Notes under the pieces: model-generated
What the model was told of the DNA's origin: nothing
What the model saw: only the letters and a program-made list of their open reading frames with translations
Database searches by the model: none
DNA from: Pachysolen tannophilus NRRL Y-2460
Lineage: Eukaryota
Assembly: GCA_001661245.1 (NCBI GenBank)
Contig: KV454011.1
Span: 248,001-284,524, forward strand
Direction: 5' to 3'
DNA: 36,524 bases
Translations under genes and position numbers: made by a program
Shown here: positions 1 to 9,900 of the stretch, piece after piece
How positions within the stretch are numbered: position 1 is the first letter of the stretch
How the letters are laid out: the number at the start of each line of letters is the position of its first letter

Positions 1-26
1 TTTTTTTTTTTAATTTATTATTATAG

Positions 27-464
27 TCATTGAGGTTAGTTCCAGAGAATGATTTTCATTCAAAAGTAGATTCGGTGAAATTTGGTGAAGCTGCACCATC
101 TGCACCAGCATTACAAGATATCTTGAGAGCAAAACAAGGTCCTCTTTCTATTGCATCGCAAGTCAATGGGAGACATCCTTTGGAATCAAGAATTAAAAAT
201 TGGGAAGAAACAGAACAAAATATGAAAATGGAACAATATAGACGTATTTTTGGCGCTGGTGAGCCAATCAAGAGAAAGATGGATTTATCTATTGTTGAAA
301 GTACAGATTTTAAACCTTCTGTATTAGGTGGTTCTTCCAATATTCATAAGAATATATTACTAAATAAAGATTCTACAATTGATTGGGAAGATATTTATGA
401 TGGATTTGAAACAAAAAATCATATGGATTACCATTCTGAATTAGAAAAAAAAATGGGAATCTAA
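27..464 (+). CDS. UMP1: Proteasome maturation factor Ump1 (last exon; ATG exon lies upstream of the window)
   Basis: Ump1 motifs HPLESRIKNWEET, YRRIFGAGEPIKRKMDL and HSELEKKMGI. T-rich tract plus TAG acceptor at 24-26 gives (M)SLRLVP. Adjacent to SMY2 and SEC66 as in S. cerevisiae YBR173C-172C-171W. Confidence 0.9.
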   Translation, partial: SLRLVPENDFHSKVDSVKFGEAAPSAPALQDILRAKQGPLSIASQVNGRHPLESRIKNWEETEQNMKMEQYRRIFGAGEPIKRKMDLSIVESTDFKPSVLGGSSNIHKNILLNKDSTIDWEDIYDGFETKNHMDYHSELEKKMGI

Positions 465-606
465 TAACGGAAATTAAACTAAAAAGAGACCCAAATTTTT
501 GAGATGGTCTAAATAGGTTGAATGAAAACAAACAAATTTAATTAAATTTATATAATTTTTTAACTTGGTTTATTTTAATTCCAACCCGCAAATTTAAGTC
601 CAACCG

Positions 607-798
607 CTTTGTAGAAAACACTGATGGAAACCACAAAGACTCTTTTCTACCTATTACAATCTCTAATACAGTTTCTAATACACTTGTTGTAATTGTCATT
701 GTAATCGTCAACATAACACCCTGCATCATCTTAACAACTCACACCATCGCATAAACCCCACACCACTCACACCACTGGTACCAACAAGTCGTGCACTT
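607..798 (-). ncRNA. Candidate structured ncRNA (H/ACA-snoRNA-like)
   Basis: Minus strand has a G-U-containing stem (786-792 with 734-740) followed by AGAUGA (726-731), an 8-bp stem (698-705/653-660), and a perfect 8-bp stem (643-650/611-618) ending at ACA (610-612). No target identified. Confidence 0.3.
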
Positions 799-1062
799 AA
801 AACACAAAATATTTTTTTTTAAAATTTTTTTTTTTTTTTTGTTTTTTTTTTTCGATTCGATTTTTTCTTCTTTTCTTTTAATAAATTTTTAGTGTTTTTT
901 AATTATTTTAAATTTTATTAAATCATTTAAAAAGAAGAATTTTTTTTTTTTTTTAAATTTATTAAAATATAAAAAGATATAAATTCAGAGAGGTGAATAT
1001 ATTTATTAAGCTATTAATCGCTAAAGAAAATTATTAATAAAAGAAAGAAATATTATTTAATT

Positions 1063-4000
1063 ATGTCACAATCGTTTGGCCCAGCATGGTAAGTAGTAAA
1101 ATCTTTTAAATTTTTTTTTTTGTCTCATCGCACAAATACAAAATATAAAAAATACAAATACAAAATATACAAATTACAAATTACAAAATACAATATACAA
1201 AATACAAAATTAAATAAAAAATTTTTCAAAGACCTTTAAAAGATTTTATTATTATGGTAGTTACTAACAATTTGATAATTTATTTAAATTTTGATTATAG
1301 GATGCGTCCAAAGAATTCCGAATCTGGTAGTAATAGTGTTAATGATAATTTAGGTTATCATTTGTATCAAGATAAGGAAAAAGATTTAAAGGTGAAAAAT
1401 TCTTCATCATGGACTTCTTCTACAGGGTTGGTTTCTATAGATCATGGAAATGGACATCTGAATGGGAATGGAAACGGGAATATGAATATGAATATGAATG
1501 GGCATATGAATGGGAATATTAATGTGAATGGACATCTGAATATTGGTGAGGGTATTGTTTCTGGTGCAGTGTTTCCCTCTCGCCAGTCAACAGTGACTCC
1601 TGCGTTGAGTATTTCAGATACTATTAATACGTTATCTGTACCAAATAGTCCTACTAATAATGCTTATATTAAGCATAAATTGAAAAATATTTCTGAAATA
1701 CCAGTTATTCAAGGTAGTAACAAATATTCCATGGAAGAAATGTTTAATGTTTGGTATAAATTGAAATCACAACAAGAAATTGTAGTTGATAAATCTTTTT
1801 TAGATGATAAAGATCAAGAAGAGTTGAAAAAATATCGTTCTAGTGATCCTGAAAATGAAATCTTACATTTAGAAATTGCAAGGGAAAAATTGAATAAAAA
1901 AGTAGACTCTGATATAACCTTGAGTCGATTGGAAATTAATGATGATACAAACTCTTCTAATCTTGCTCAAGTAGTTGCCCTTCCTGAAAAAAATGGGTTA
2001 CTGCAACATCAGCAACTGCAACAGCAGCAGCAGCAGCAGCAGCAAATTCCTATTGACAATATTAATTCTTGGTCTACAACTGGTGCTATTGGTGGCTCTT
2101 TAAACCATGGCTCTTTAAACCAACAACCAGCTTCACAATCTGCATTCTTGAATATCTTGTCATCCCAGAAAAATTTCCAAGACCCACATCAGCAGCATCA
2201 AACTCAGCAGCCGAATCAACAGCCGACTCAGCCGACTCAACAGACTCAGCAGCCAATAGGTGCACCACCAGGGATTAATGCGATTCATCAGGCAACACCA
2301 TCACCATTGCTAGCACCGCAACAAATTAACTGGATCTATTTGGATGCTACCGGTAATGAACAAGGACCTTTTGATGGAACTATGATGCAAAATTGGTATG
2401 CTGCTAATTACCTTCAACCAGATTTGAAATTGAGAAGGTACGAGGAATCACAGTTCAAGACTTTGTCAGATTTGATCAATTTGGTTGGAAACTTTCAAAC
2501 TCCATTTTTAATTCCGTTACCTGATTTGAAATATCAACAGCAACAGCAGCAACAGCAGCAACAGCATCACCACCAGAACCAGAACCAGAACCAGAGCCAG
2601 CACCAGCAGGGCTCGTCTACCTTGATGAATGTCGGGAACAGAAACAGTAATGGTGGCGCAATTGAGGCTCCTGATAGTATGCAAATTCCTCAAAGCGTGG
2701 GCTCATCTTGGTTACCTCAGTCGAATCCTACAGCAGATTTTTTGAACCAGCGTTCACAATCTCCATTCTCGAATAATGTTTCCTCTCCAATTATTGGTGG
2801 AGGTGCTTCTTCTAATCCTTCAATTGCATTTGGATTAAACGGTACCAGAGTTGGAGGCATTGGTGGTGTTGACACACTGCATTCTTTTATTAGTTTGCCT
2901 TCACAGTCGCAATTTCAGGCACAACCGCAAATACTGCCTCAGTCTATTCAACCTGTTCAATCAACTCAATCAGTTCCTCATGCTATTCAGCAATTTACCG
3001 CTGGTAATGAAATTATTAATGGAGTTTCCGGCAATGTTGATATTGGCAACAAAAACTCCAAACAGGCTAACGATGACACTCGTGCTACTACTGTTTTCAC
3101 AAATACTCATGATGATGGCAAATTGAAATCTCAAGTCATTGAAACTCAAGAACAAATCCAAGAAGGTTTAAGATCAGATAAACAACAAGATCAATCACCT
3201 GCACCTACACAGTCACAGTCACAGTCACAGTCACTGCCACTGCCACTGCCAATGACACCGAAATTAGCGTCTTGGGCAGCTTCTTCTTCAACAGCATCTC
3301 AACAAAAAAAATTGACTCTTGAAGAAATTCAACTGCAAGAAGCATCAGAAGCTTTGAGAAGAGAAGAAATCAAAAAGAAATTAGAACTTGAAAGAAATAA
3401 TACCCTGATTCCAAAAGTTGCTTCTCCTGAAGAAAGATCAGCTTTGCCAAAGACTGCATCTTGGGCTAGTACTACAGTTACCACTCCTGTTAAACCAAAA
3501 AAGACATTAGCAGATATTCAAAAGGAAGAAGCAGAGGCAGCAGCTGATGCAACAAGAAGAGCATCTGCTTCACGTTTACCACTGACAAATTTGGCCAGCA
3601 AACTTGCAGAATCAAAACCTATGTCTTTTGCAAATGCTCTTGGAAGTGGTAGTGGTAGTCTGCCTTCGCCTTGGACAGTTGTAACTAAAAAAACTCCTTT
3701 ACCAAAAGCTGTTTCCAAGACAACAGTTCCAGGAGCATTGCATTTAGCGACAAAACTGACAACTCCATCTTTATTGAGATCAGTTTCATCTTCGGCATCT
3801 TCTGCCCCTTCAGCAATCAAACCAGCCACTCATGGTTTAACCACCGGATTTAGTTCTGCTGCATCTTCACCTACAACATCAAAGACCAATCCACGTGATG
3901 AATTTTTTGTATGGTGTCGTAACCAACTTTCTCAATTGAATAATGGTGTAAAGAAGGAAGATGTTCTTTCCATTATGGTTCAATTACCAACCGGTTCTGA

Positions 4001-4262
4001 ATCTCAAGAAATTATTGCGGATACTATTTACTCCAATAGTTCAACAATGGATGGTAGGAAATTTGCTTCTGAATTTATGAAGAGGAAAATTCTGTTTGAA
4101 AAAAGCATTCCACCAAATGTTGATTTTTCTTGGGGTGAAGAGTTGTACAGAACTGCTCATAATTTAGGTGATTCCAATAATGATCAAAGTAATGGCTGGG
4201 ATAATGCATTCAAAGTTGTTTCAAAAAAAAACAAAAAACGTGCTACAAACAAAGAGTTTTAA
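1063..4262 (+). CDS. SMY2: Smy2/Syh1 (GIGYF-type) GYF-domain protein; join(1063..1088,1301..4262)
   Basis: GYF-type domain WIYLDATGNEQGPFDGTMMQNWYAANYL, and C-terminal EIIADTIYSNSSTMDGRKFASEF typical of Smy2/Syh1. Splicing gives MSQSFGPAWMRPK. Confidence 0.88.
1089..1300 (+). other. Spliceosomal intron of SMY2
   Basis: GTAAGT at 1089, TACTAAC at 1262-1268, TAG at 1298-1300. The frame is preserved (TG+G = Trp). Contains degenerate AAATACA repeats (~1133-1210). Confidence 0.9.
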
Positions 4263-4439
4263 TCATAAAATGCTGCTCAAAGCTAACGGTTGTGATTTGA
4301 ATGGAGATTCTATACAGCATATATTCTAAATAACATGAAGTTTACTTATTCATTACAGTTTTTCTTTCTTTTACTTGTAACCCTAGGCTTATTAGCAATA
4401 CAACGGAGAATAAAATTTTAAAATATCTTATTATTAATT

Positions 4440-5123
4440 TTATTGTTTTTTCCCATTTTTTTGTTTTAAGATTTTTTCCTCAGCGATATCACCAGCGATT
4501 CCCCATTCCGTTAACAAATCTTCTTTTCTATTATCCAAAACATTTAATCTTCTTCTCAATGCTTCATTGAAAGTAACTTCTTGGCATACTTGAAAAAATA
4601 CTTGCCCCCATCCTTTTTTGATAGTTTCCAGTTCAATGGCAATTTCCTTAAATTCTAACTCGTTTAATTTTTGATCAATCCCAAAAGATTCAAAACACTC
4701 ATCACCTATGGCACCCTTTTGATATAAAGTATTGATATAAACTTCACTTTCTTTTATTTTAAACATTCTCTTAAATGCTTCTGAACCTCTTCTTATCAAT
4801 GCTGCTTTCAACACTTTTTCATTTGGTTTTGGTTGTGAATTTTTCAATTGTATATATAACTCTTTTGAAAGATTTTCTGGGAAAATAGATTTGGTACGTG
4901 TTAATTTATTAAATTTTCTCCTTCTATAAAATATAGAAAAACTTATTAAGATGGCTATTAATACTGAAAAATAAATGATTGGGGTGTAAATTGAAATTCT
5001 TATAAATTGAGGTTTTGTTTGTTCATCACTTGTGGAATTGAAAAATGTTTGATTGAAAGTTTCATCGTAACTCTTTTCGTAATCAAATTCACTTTCTGAA
5101 TTGAAACTATCCTCTTTGTCCAT
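4440..5123 (-). CDS. SEC66: Sec62/63 complex subunit Sec66 (Sec71)
   Basis: ISIYTPIIYFSVLIAIL transmembrane segment, then FYRRRK, EKVLKAALIRRGSEAFKR, LYQKGAIGD and NEALRRR. First ATG at 5123. Confidence 0.92.
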   Translation of the reverse strand: MDKEDSFNSESEFDYEKSYDETFNQTFFNSTSDEQTKPQFIRISIYTPIIYFSVLIAILISFSIFYRRRKFNKLTRTKSIFPENLSKELYIQLKNSQPKPNEKVLKAALIRRGSEAFKRMFKIKESEVYINTLYQKGAIGDECFESFGIDQKLNELEFKEIAIELETIKKGWGQVFFQVCQEVTFNEALRRRLNVLDNRKEDLLTEWGIAGDIAEEKILKQKNGKKQ

Positions 5124-5310
5124 ACTGCCCAATTCTTGCTCTGTTCTTATTGAGACTAGAAATAATTATTAAAATCAACAACAGTTCAGCAGATTTTGTA
5201 TCAAGTTGATGATGACAACTAAAAAAAAAAAAAAAAAAATTTCCAAAAAAAAACAACCAAAGTTGACACTTACCACACGACTGTTGGTTTCCATAAGTTT
5301 ACCAACAGCA

Positions 5311-5360
5311 GCAGCGACGAGCAGTGACGAGCAACGACGAGCAACGACGAGCAACGACGA
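5311..5360 (+). repeat. Tandem 10-mer GCARYGACGA x5
   Basis: gcagcgacga gcagtgacga (gcaacgacga)x3, in the intergenic region upstream of SEC66. Confidence 0.85.
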
Positions 5361-5460
5361 CAACATCGACATCAATAATAACGGGGACAACTTTGTCGCT
5401 ACAGCAGGACAAACCCCCTCTTTTTCCAAAAAAAAAAAAAAAACAAACAAACAAATTCAC

Positions 5461-6501
5461 TCATAAAAAAATTTTCCATTTGCTATATATGAAAATATTA
5501 TCCTGATCACTTTTTTCGATCAATTTTTTCCCACTTCCCAAGTAAATTTCTTTGAAACATAAGCTACCAATATCTTGAAACACTTTGCTATGATGGATAT
5601 TGTCTCTGACTTTATTCAAAATCACAGTTTCGACTTTAAAATCTTTCATGTCCACGATACGAGCAACGTATAAGAAGCTATTAATTTTTTGTAAAGATCT
5701 AATAAGATGAGTTGGTTTATGTGTTGACAAAAATTGATCTGTCGGTACTTCTATATGATTAAAATTCTTTGCATTGTACCAACTTGTTACTGATTGTACA
5801 TCTTTAAATAATTGTCTTGATAATGAATTTTCCAATTGGAAAACTGGGTAGTTACTATTGATATATGCCGGTATTACTGTTTCTCTATTTTTACCGTTAA
5901 AATTATCAATTGGCAACAATGAATCTCCATTTTCTATATCTTGTTCCGTTTTAAAATACAGCACTTCATTAACTATTTTCGGTAATAAAGTAGATAATTT
6001 ATTTGCAAAGATTTCTTTGGGCACAACGGGAAGTTTCTCATTGCTCATAATGTTACTTAAATTTTTCGATTTTTTAGTAATTTCACTCAACGATATCCTG
6101 GGAGAAACCGCCGCTTGAGATATACTGGATCCAGAGCCAGATAAATTCAGAACTGGATACTCACTGGGTTTAGTCATGAAATTAGATACTTTTTGTGTAT
6201 TTGATATTGGAGTCAATGGAGTATACATATGCTCAGGCTCCACCATCATATCCCTATCTTTGAAAACATTGAATTTCCTCTTTCTACCCCTAGTAACAGC
6301 TTGATCATCAAGATCCTCTACTTTCCTAAGTGAATTCTCATTTATTAATTTAGATATCCTTGTGGCGCTAATCTTGTTAGACCGATTTTTGGTACTGTAA
6401 CCTTTTAATGCGTCATAAAATAATGAGGAAGACGAACTCGAAAATGGAATAAAATCAGTGACCAGTGGATCACCCTCACCATTCTTGGACTTTGAATGCA
6501 T
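5461..6501 (-). CDS. Hypothetical protein (~346 aa)
   Basis: Long ORF in AT-rich DNA with a basic NLS-like RGRKRK. First ATG at 6501. No family recognised. Confidence 0.7.
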   Translation of the reverse strand: MHSKSKNGEGDPLVTDFIPFSSSSSSLFYDALKGYSTKNRSNKISATRISKLINENSLRKVEDLDDQAVTRGRKRKFNVFKDRDMMVEPEHMYTPLTPISNTQKVSNFMTKPSEYPVLNLSGSGSSISQAAVSPRISLSEITKKSKNLSNIMSNEKLPVVPKEIFANKLSTLLPKIVNEVLYFKTEQDIENGDSLLPIDNFNGKNRETVIPAYINSNYPVFQLENSLSRQLFKDVQSVTSWYNAKNFNHIEVPTDQFLSTHKPTHLIRSLQKINSFLYVARIVDMKDFKVETVILNKVRDNIHHSKVFQDIGSLCFKEIYLGSGKKLIEKSDQDNIFIYSKWKIFL

Positions 6502-6900
6502 TTTATACCAGCCCAAAGGTAACCCAATAGTACAAATCTAGTCCTATTACAAATATTTATATATTTATATTTTTATTTATATATAAAAATAAATACAACA
6601 ATTGGAATGTGATTGCCCTTTTTCAGAAAACAAAAACAAAAAAAAAAAAAAAAAAAAAAAAAAACATCCAAAGAGGTAGTGTTCACAACAAACAAAAACC
6701 TAAAACTGAAGTTACGTTTACCAAACACGACCAGTTTATTAATTTTTTTGCGGACGAAAACTTTTACGGTGAATTTGTTGAAACCTATTGAACCAAACAA
6801 GAGTATATAAAATATATATTTATATATATGTATATTGCTGTGTATCAGGTAGTTGTGGTTGAAAGAGAGGTGGTTTATTTCAGTAATAGGTGATAAGAAA

Positions 6901-7800
6901 ATGTTTTCTTTGTTTTCATTTAGAACTTTGTTTAGGAATAACTTGAGCAGTAAGCAGCGGTTAATTGTTCCTAATAGATGTATATCTTTATTATCTGAAT
7001 TACATCCTTCACCGGGTTCTTTTAAGACTCAAAAAAGAGTTGGTAGGGGTCCAGGTTCAGGGTTAGGAAAGACTTCTGGAAGAGGTCAGAAAGGTCAGAA
7101 GGCGAGAGAGGCAATAAGGCCTTGGTTTGAAGGTGGTCAAACTCCAATTTATAAATTATTTCCAAAGAGAGGTTTTATTAGACATCAGAAAAAAGATTTA
7201 AACGAAGTTAAACTTATTAGAATTTATAAATTTATTAAAGAAGGTAGATTACAATTGGAAGAAGGAGAGACTTTAACTATGGCGAAGATGAAAGAATGTG
7301 GAATAATTACAGGGACAATGAAGGATGGGGTTGTCATTGTTGGAGATGGTAAAGATGTATATGATTTACCAATTAAGATTGAAGCAACTAAAGCCACTGG
7401 ACCAGCTATTGAATGTATTGAAAGAAATGGTGGAGAGTTTACTTCTAGGTATTTTTCTTCAATTTCTTATAGAGCCCACCACTCTCCAAGTTGGTTTTTA
7501 AGGAAAAGAGGTTATTTACCATTATTATCAAGACCTATTGCTAGAAGAGATATATTATTTTATAATTCAGAGGCAAGAAGAGGATATTTATACAAGGAAA
7601 AATTGGCAAAAGGAGATCTTAGTGATGATCAAGTAGATACTCAAGAGCTCAAGAAAACTATAGTAGGTACTTCAGGTACTAAGAAACTGAAAAAACCAAT
7701 TTTATATCAGCAGTTGGACAAAGTTTTAGAGTCTAATGATAGCAAGTGTACTAAAGGGTTTGAATCGAGTAAAGTGATTTCATTCAAGGACTTAAACTAA
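6901..7800 (+). CDS. MRPL10: Mitochondrial ribosomal protein uL15m
   Basis: KRVGRGPGSGLGKTSGRGQKGQKAR and WFEGGQTPIYKLFPKRGF; presequence-like N-terminus from ATG 6901. Confidence 0.95.
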   Translation: MFSLFSFRTLFRNNLSSKQRLIVPNRCISLLSELHPSPGSFKTQKRVGRGPGSGLGKTSGRGQKGQKAREAIRPWFEGGQTPIYKLFPKRGFIRHQKKDLNEVKLIRIYKFIKEGRLQLEEGETLTMAKMKECGIITGTMKDGVVIVGDGKDVYDLPIKIEATKATGPAIECIERNGGEFTSRYFSSISYRAHHSPSWFLRKRGYLPLLSRPIARRDILFYNSEARRGYLYKEKLAKGDLSDDQVDTQELKKTIVGTSGTKKLKKPILYQQLDKVLESNDSKCTKGFESSKVISFKDLN

Positions 7801-7960
7801 GATATATGTCAAGAAATAAAAGAAATGAAAAGATAAAAAAAGAAAAACAATTTTATAACATGTAAATAAATATGAATCATTTTTTTTATTTTTATTTTAT
7901 TTTTTTGCTTCAAGTAAAATTTTTTGTAGGACAACTAGCATGATTTAGTTTATACTATTA

Positions 7961-8704
7961 TTAATGGGTCAAATTTACTGCTTTACCAGGTTCCCAATTT
8001 TTAATAGCGTTTTCTATATTAAACCAATATTTCAATTTAACAGTTTCTAAAGCTGCATCTTCATAATTTTTTTCTTTAAAAAGTTGATCTAATTTCTTTT
8101 CAGTATTTGCTATTCTTTCATCATTTGAAATTTTTAATTGATTTAATTCTTCTTCATTAGATATATTTTCTAATTCTTCATGGATTTCCAAAATTTGCAT
8201 TAATAATGATTTATCTTTAAATTGATAATCTTTTGTTGAATCATCATCATTTAAATCGATATTCGCATTTTTTTTCAATAAGAATTGAGCTCTTTTAAGA
8301 GATGAAGTTAATGTAGAGTAAGCTTTATTTATTATCATTGAAGTTTGATCAGCTTGTTCTTCTGGAGAAGATGAAGTTAATTGGACTGATCCATGTAAAA
8401 TATCAGGATGATTTTCTTGTTGTAATGTTCTATATTCTTTTCTTAATTTTTTCAAATCAATTAAAAATGGACTTCCCAGGGACCCATTAGGAAAAGTATT
8501 TGGGAATAATTTATAATAATCTATAATTTCTTGTTGTTTTTCATTAGTACTGCTACCGTTACCTGCATTCGAACTCGAATTTGAATTTGAATGATTAAAT
8601 CGAACCAATTGAACTATTATTGGAGAAATAATTGGTCCAGAGATTGAAAACCTCGTGCCTCGACATACAGCTTTCAAACTTGAATTTATGAATAACATTA
8701 CCAT
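7961..8704 (-). CDS. JAC1: Mitochondrial Fe-S cluster J-type co-chaperone (HscB family)
   Basis: J-domain HPD motif, INKAYSTL, HscB C-terminal LLMQILEIHEEL and KLKYWFNI..WEPGK. Confidence 0.93.
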   Translation of the reverse strand: MVMLFINSSLKAVCRGTRFSISGPIISPIIVQLVRFNHSNSNSSSNAGNGSSTNEKQQEIIDYYKLFPNTFPNGSLGSPFLIDLKKLRKEYRTLQQENHPDILHGSVQLTSSSPEEQADQTSMIINKAYSTLTSSLKRAQFLLKKNANIDLNDDDSTKDYQFKDKSLLMQILEIHEELENISNEEELNQLKISNDERIANTEKKLDQLFKEKNYEDAALETVKLKYWFNIENAIKNWEPGKAVNLTH

Positions 8705-9214
8705 TTACTACTATAATATGCAACTCTTCTTTCTTTCTTTCTTTTTGTCCCCCTAGTAAAATTCAATAATACCACCGAAAAGATAACCCAAGACTTCTTA
8801 ATAAAAATATACCAAAGTATTTAGAATCACAATTAATTGAACTCACTTTGGAAAATAAAAACAAACAATTTAAAACTTTTCAATCCCGATTTTTCCAAAT
8901 ATATACCAATTGTAAAAGGTCATCCATCCAACTTATTCTCCATAATTATATATATATAGTTATATATAATTATGGGAGGATATTTTGATACAATCCAAAC
9001 TACCTACGAAAATTAATATTATTTAAAATGAAAAGTTTCGTAAAAGAGTTTTATTATAATATATACAATCAACTAAGGAAAGGGTATATCTTATGAGAAT
9101 CATCCATAATTTATACCGAAAACACACACTCACACAAAGAAAAAACTTATAAACAAACTTTACCTTACCGCATTAGATTTTGATCTTTTAATTTCTGTAC
9201 TAACAGTTTTTATT

Positions 9215-9226
9215 TTTATACCCTAA
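9215..9226 (-). promoter_or_regulatory. Tbf1-type TTAGGG immediately followed by a TATA box
   Basis: Minus strand reads GGTTAGGGTATAAAAAT, upstream of a hairpin-rich region and JAC1. Confidence 0.35.
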
Positions 9227-9282
9227 CCTCATTCCACCTCTTTTTACACGATAAATATCTAAATATTCAACCTTTCAATTTT

Positions 9283-9294
9283 TCAAAAACGTTT
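9283..9294 (-). CDS. TOM5: TOM5 final segment (KRF-stop)
   Basis: AAA CGT TTT TGA completes ...HFAK-KRF* once 9295-9449 is flipped; compare yeast Tom5 HLVKKQWK. Confidence 0.75.
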   Translation of the reverse strand, partial: KRF

Positions 9295-9449
9295 AATCAA
9301 ACTGTTCAAACTGCATTTGCAATTGCTGCTGCGTTATGGTTAGGTAAGTACATACAATTTTTTTTTTTTTTTTTTTTTTTTTGGCTATTTACTAACTTAA
9401 GTTTTTTTTTTTATTTTGAGTAGTTCCAAGTTTAATTCACTTTGCTAAG
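9295..9449 (+). CDS. TOM5: TOM5 middle segment, inverted relative to the rest of the gene; join(9295..9343,9424..9449)
   Basis: Encodes NQTVQTAFAIAAALWL-V-PSLIHFAK, matching the Tom5 TM region (EKTLKQAAYVAAFLWVSPMIWHLVK). Intron 9344-9423 has GTAAGT, TACTAAC (9390-9396) and TAG. Confidence 0.85.
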
Positions 9450-9512
9450 AGTATATTCTTGATGCTTTTTCTTCTCTTCTTCCGAAGGAGCTTGACCTGG
9501 ACCACCAAACAT
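9450..9512 (-). CDS. TOM5: TOM5 N-terminal segment
   Basis: MFGGPGQAPSEEEKKKHQEYT, compare S. cerevisiae MFGLPQQEVSEEEKRAHQEQT. Divergent from SPN1 as in S. cerevisiae YPR133W-A/YPR133C. Confidence 0.9.
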
Positions 9513-9900
9513 TTTTCTCCAATATATAACTTTTCCCTATATATATATATATATATATATAAATATATATCAATCAAAAAACAGCAAGTTTAAGATTGAT
9601 TTTAATTTAATGTATTGAATATATAAGAATGTGATCTTCTTGTTGTTCTTCTTCCTTTCTTTCTTTTTTTCTATGTGTTGAAAATGAACAATTTTTAGTC
9701 AAAAAAATTGGAAAAAATCTAATAACTTAATGACACGTAAAATGGGTTGCACAAAGTTGGCAGATCAAGTACAATTTTTTTTAGTTTTTTTGTTTTTTTC
9801 TTTTTTAAGGCCTGTTAAAAAAAAATTTGAAAGCGGTTGATGGACATAATAATAGTAATAACAAATTGTTTAATTATTGGAATTAATTAATCTATCGATA

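Noticed and set aside
538..729. 63-aa minus-strand ORF
   Set aside because: Short, no recognisable motif; the region looks more like structured RNA or promoter sequence.
738..776. CACACCAC motifs as telomeric repeat or telomerase template
   Set aside because: Too short and irregular, and the intergenic space is too small for a typical yeast telomerase RNA.
1254..1300. ORF-track start of the 1002-aa protein
   Set aside because: Lies inside the intron (overlaps the branch point and acceptor); the real start is ATG 1063.
8912..8919. CCTTTTAC resembling U5 snRNA loop 1
   Set aside because: Lacks the invariant preceding G, a convincing closing stem and an Sm site.
9198..9206. TACTAACAG branch-plus-acceptor on the + strand
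   Set aside because: No matching donor or exon found upstream.
9284..9461. Inverted repeats at the TOM5 inversion ends (TTAATCAAACTG vs CTTAGCAAAGTG)
   Set aside because: Gapped, low-identity match in AT-rich DNA, with nothing comparable at the HIS6 inversion.
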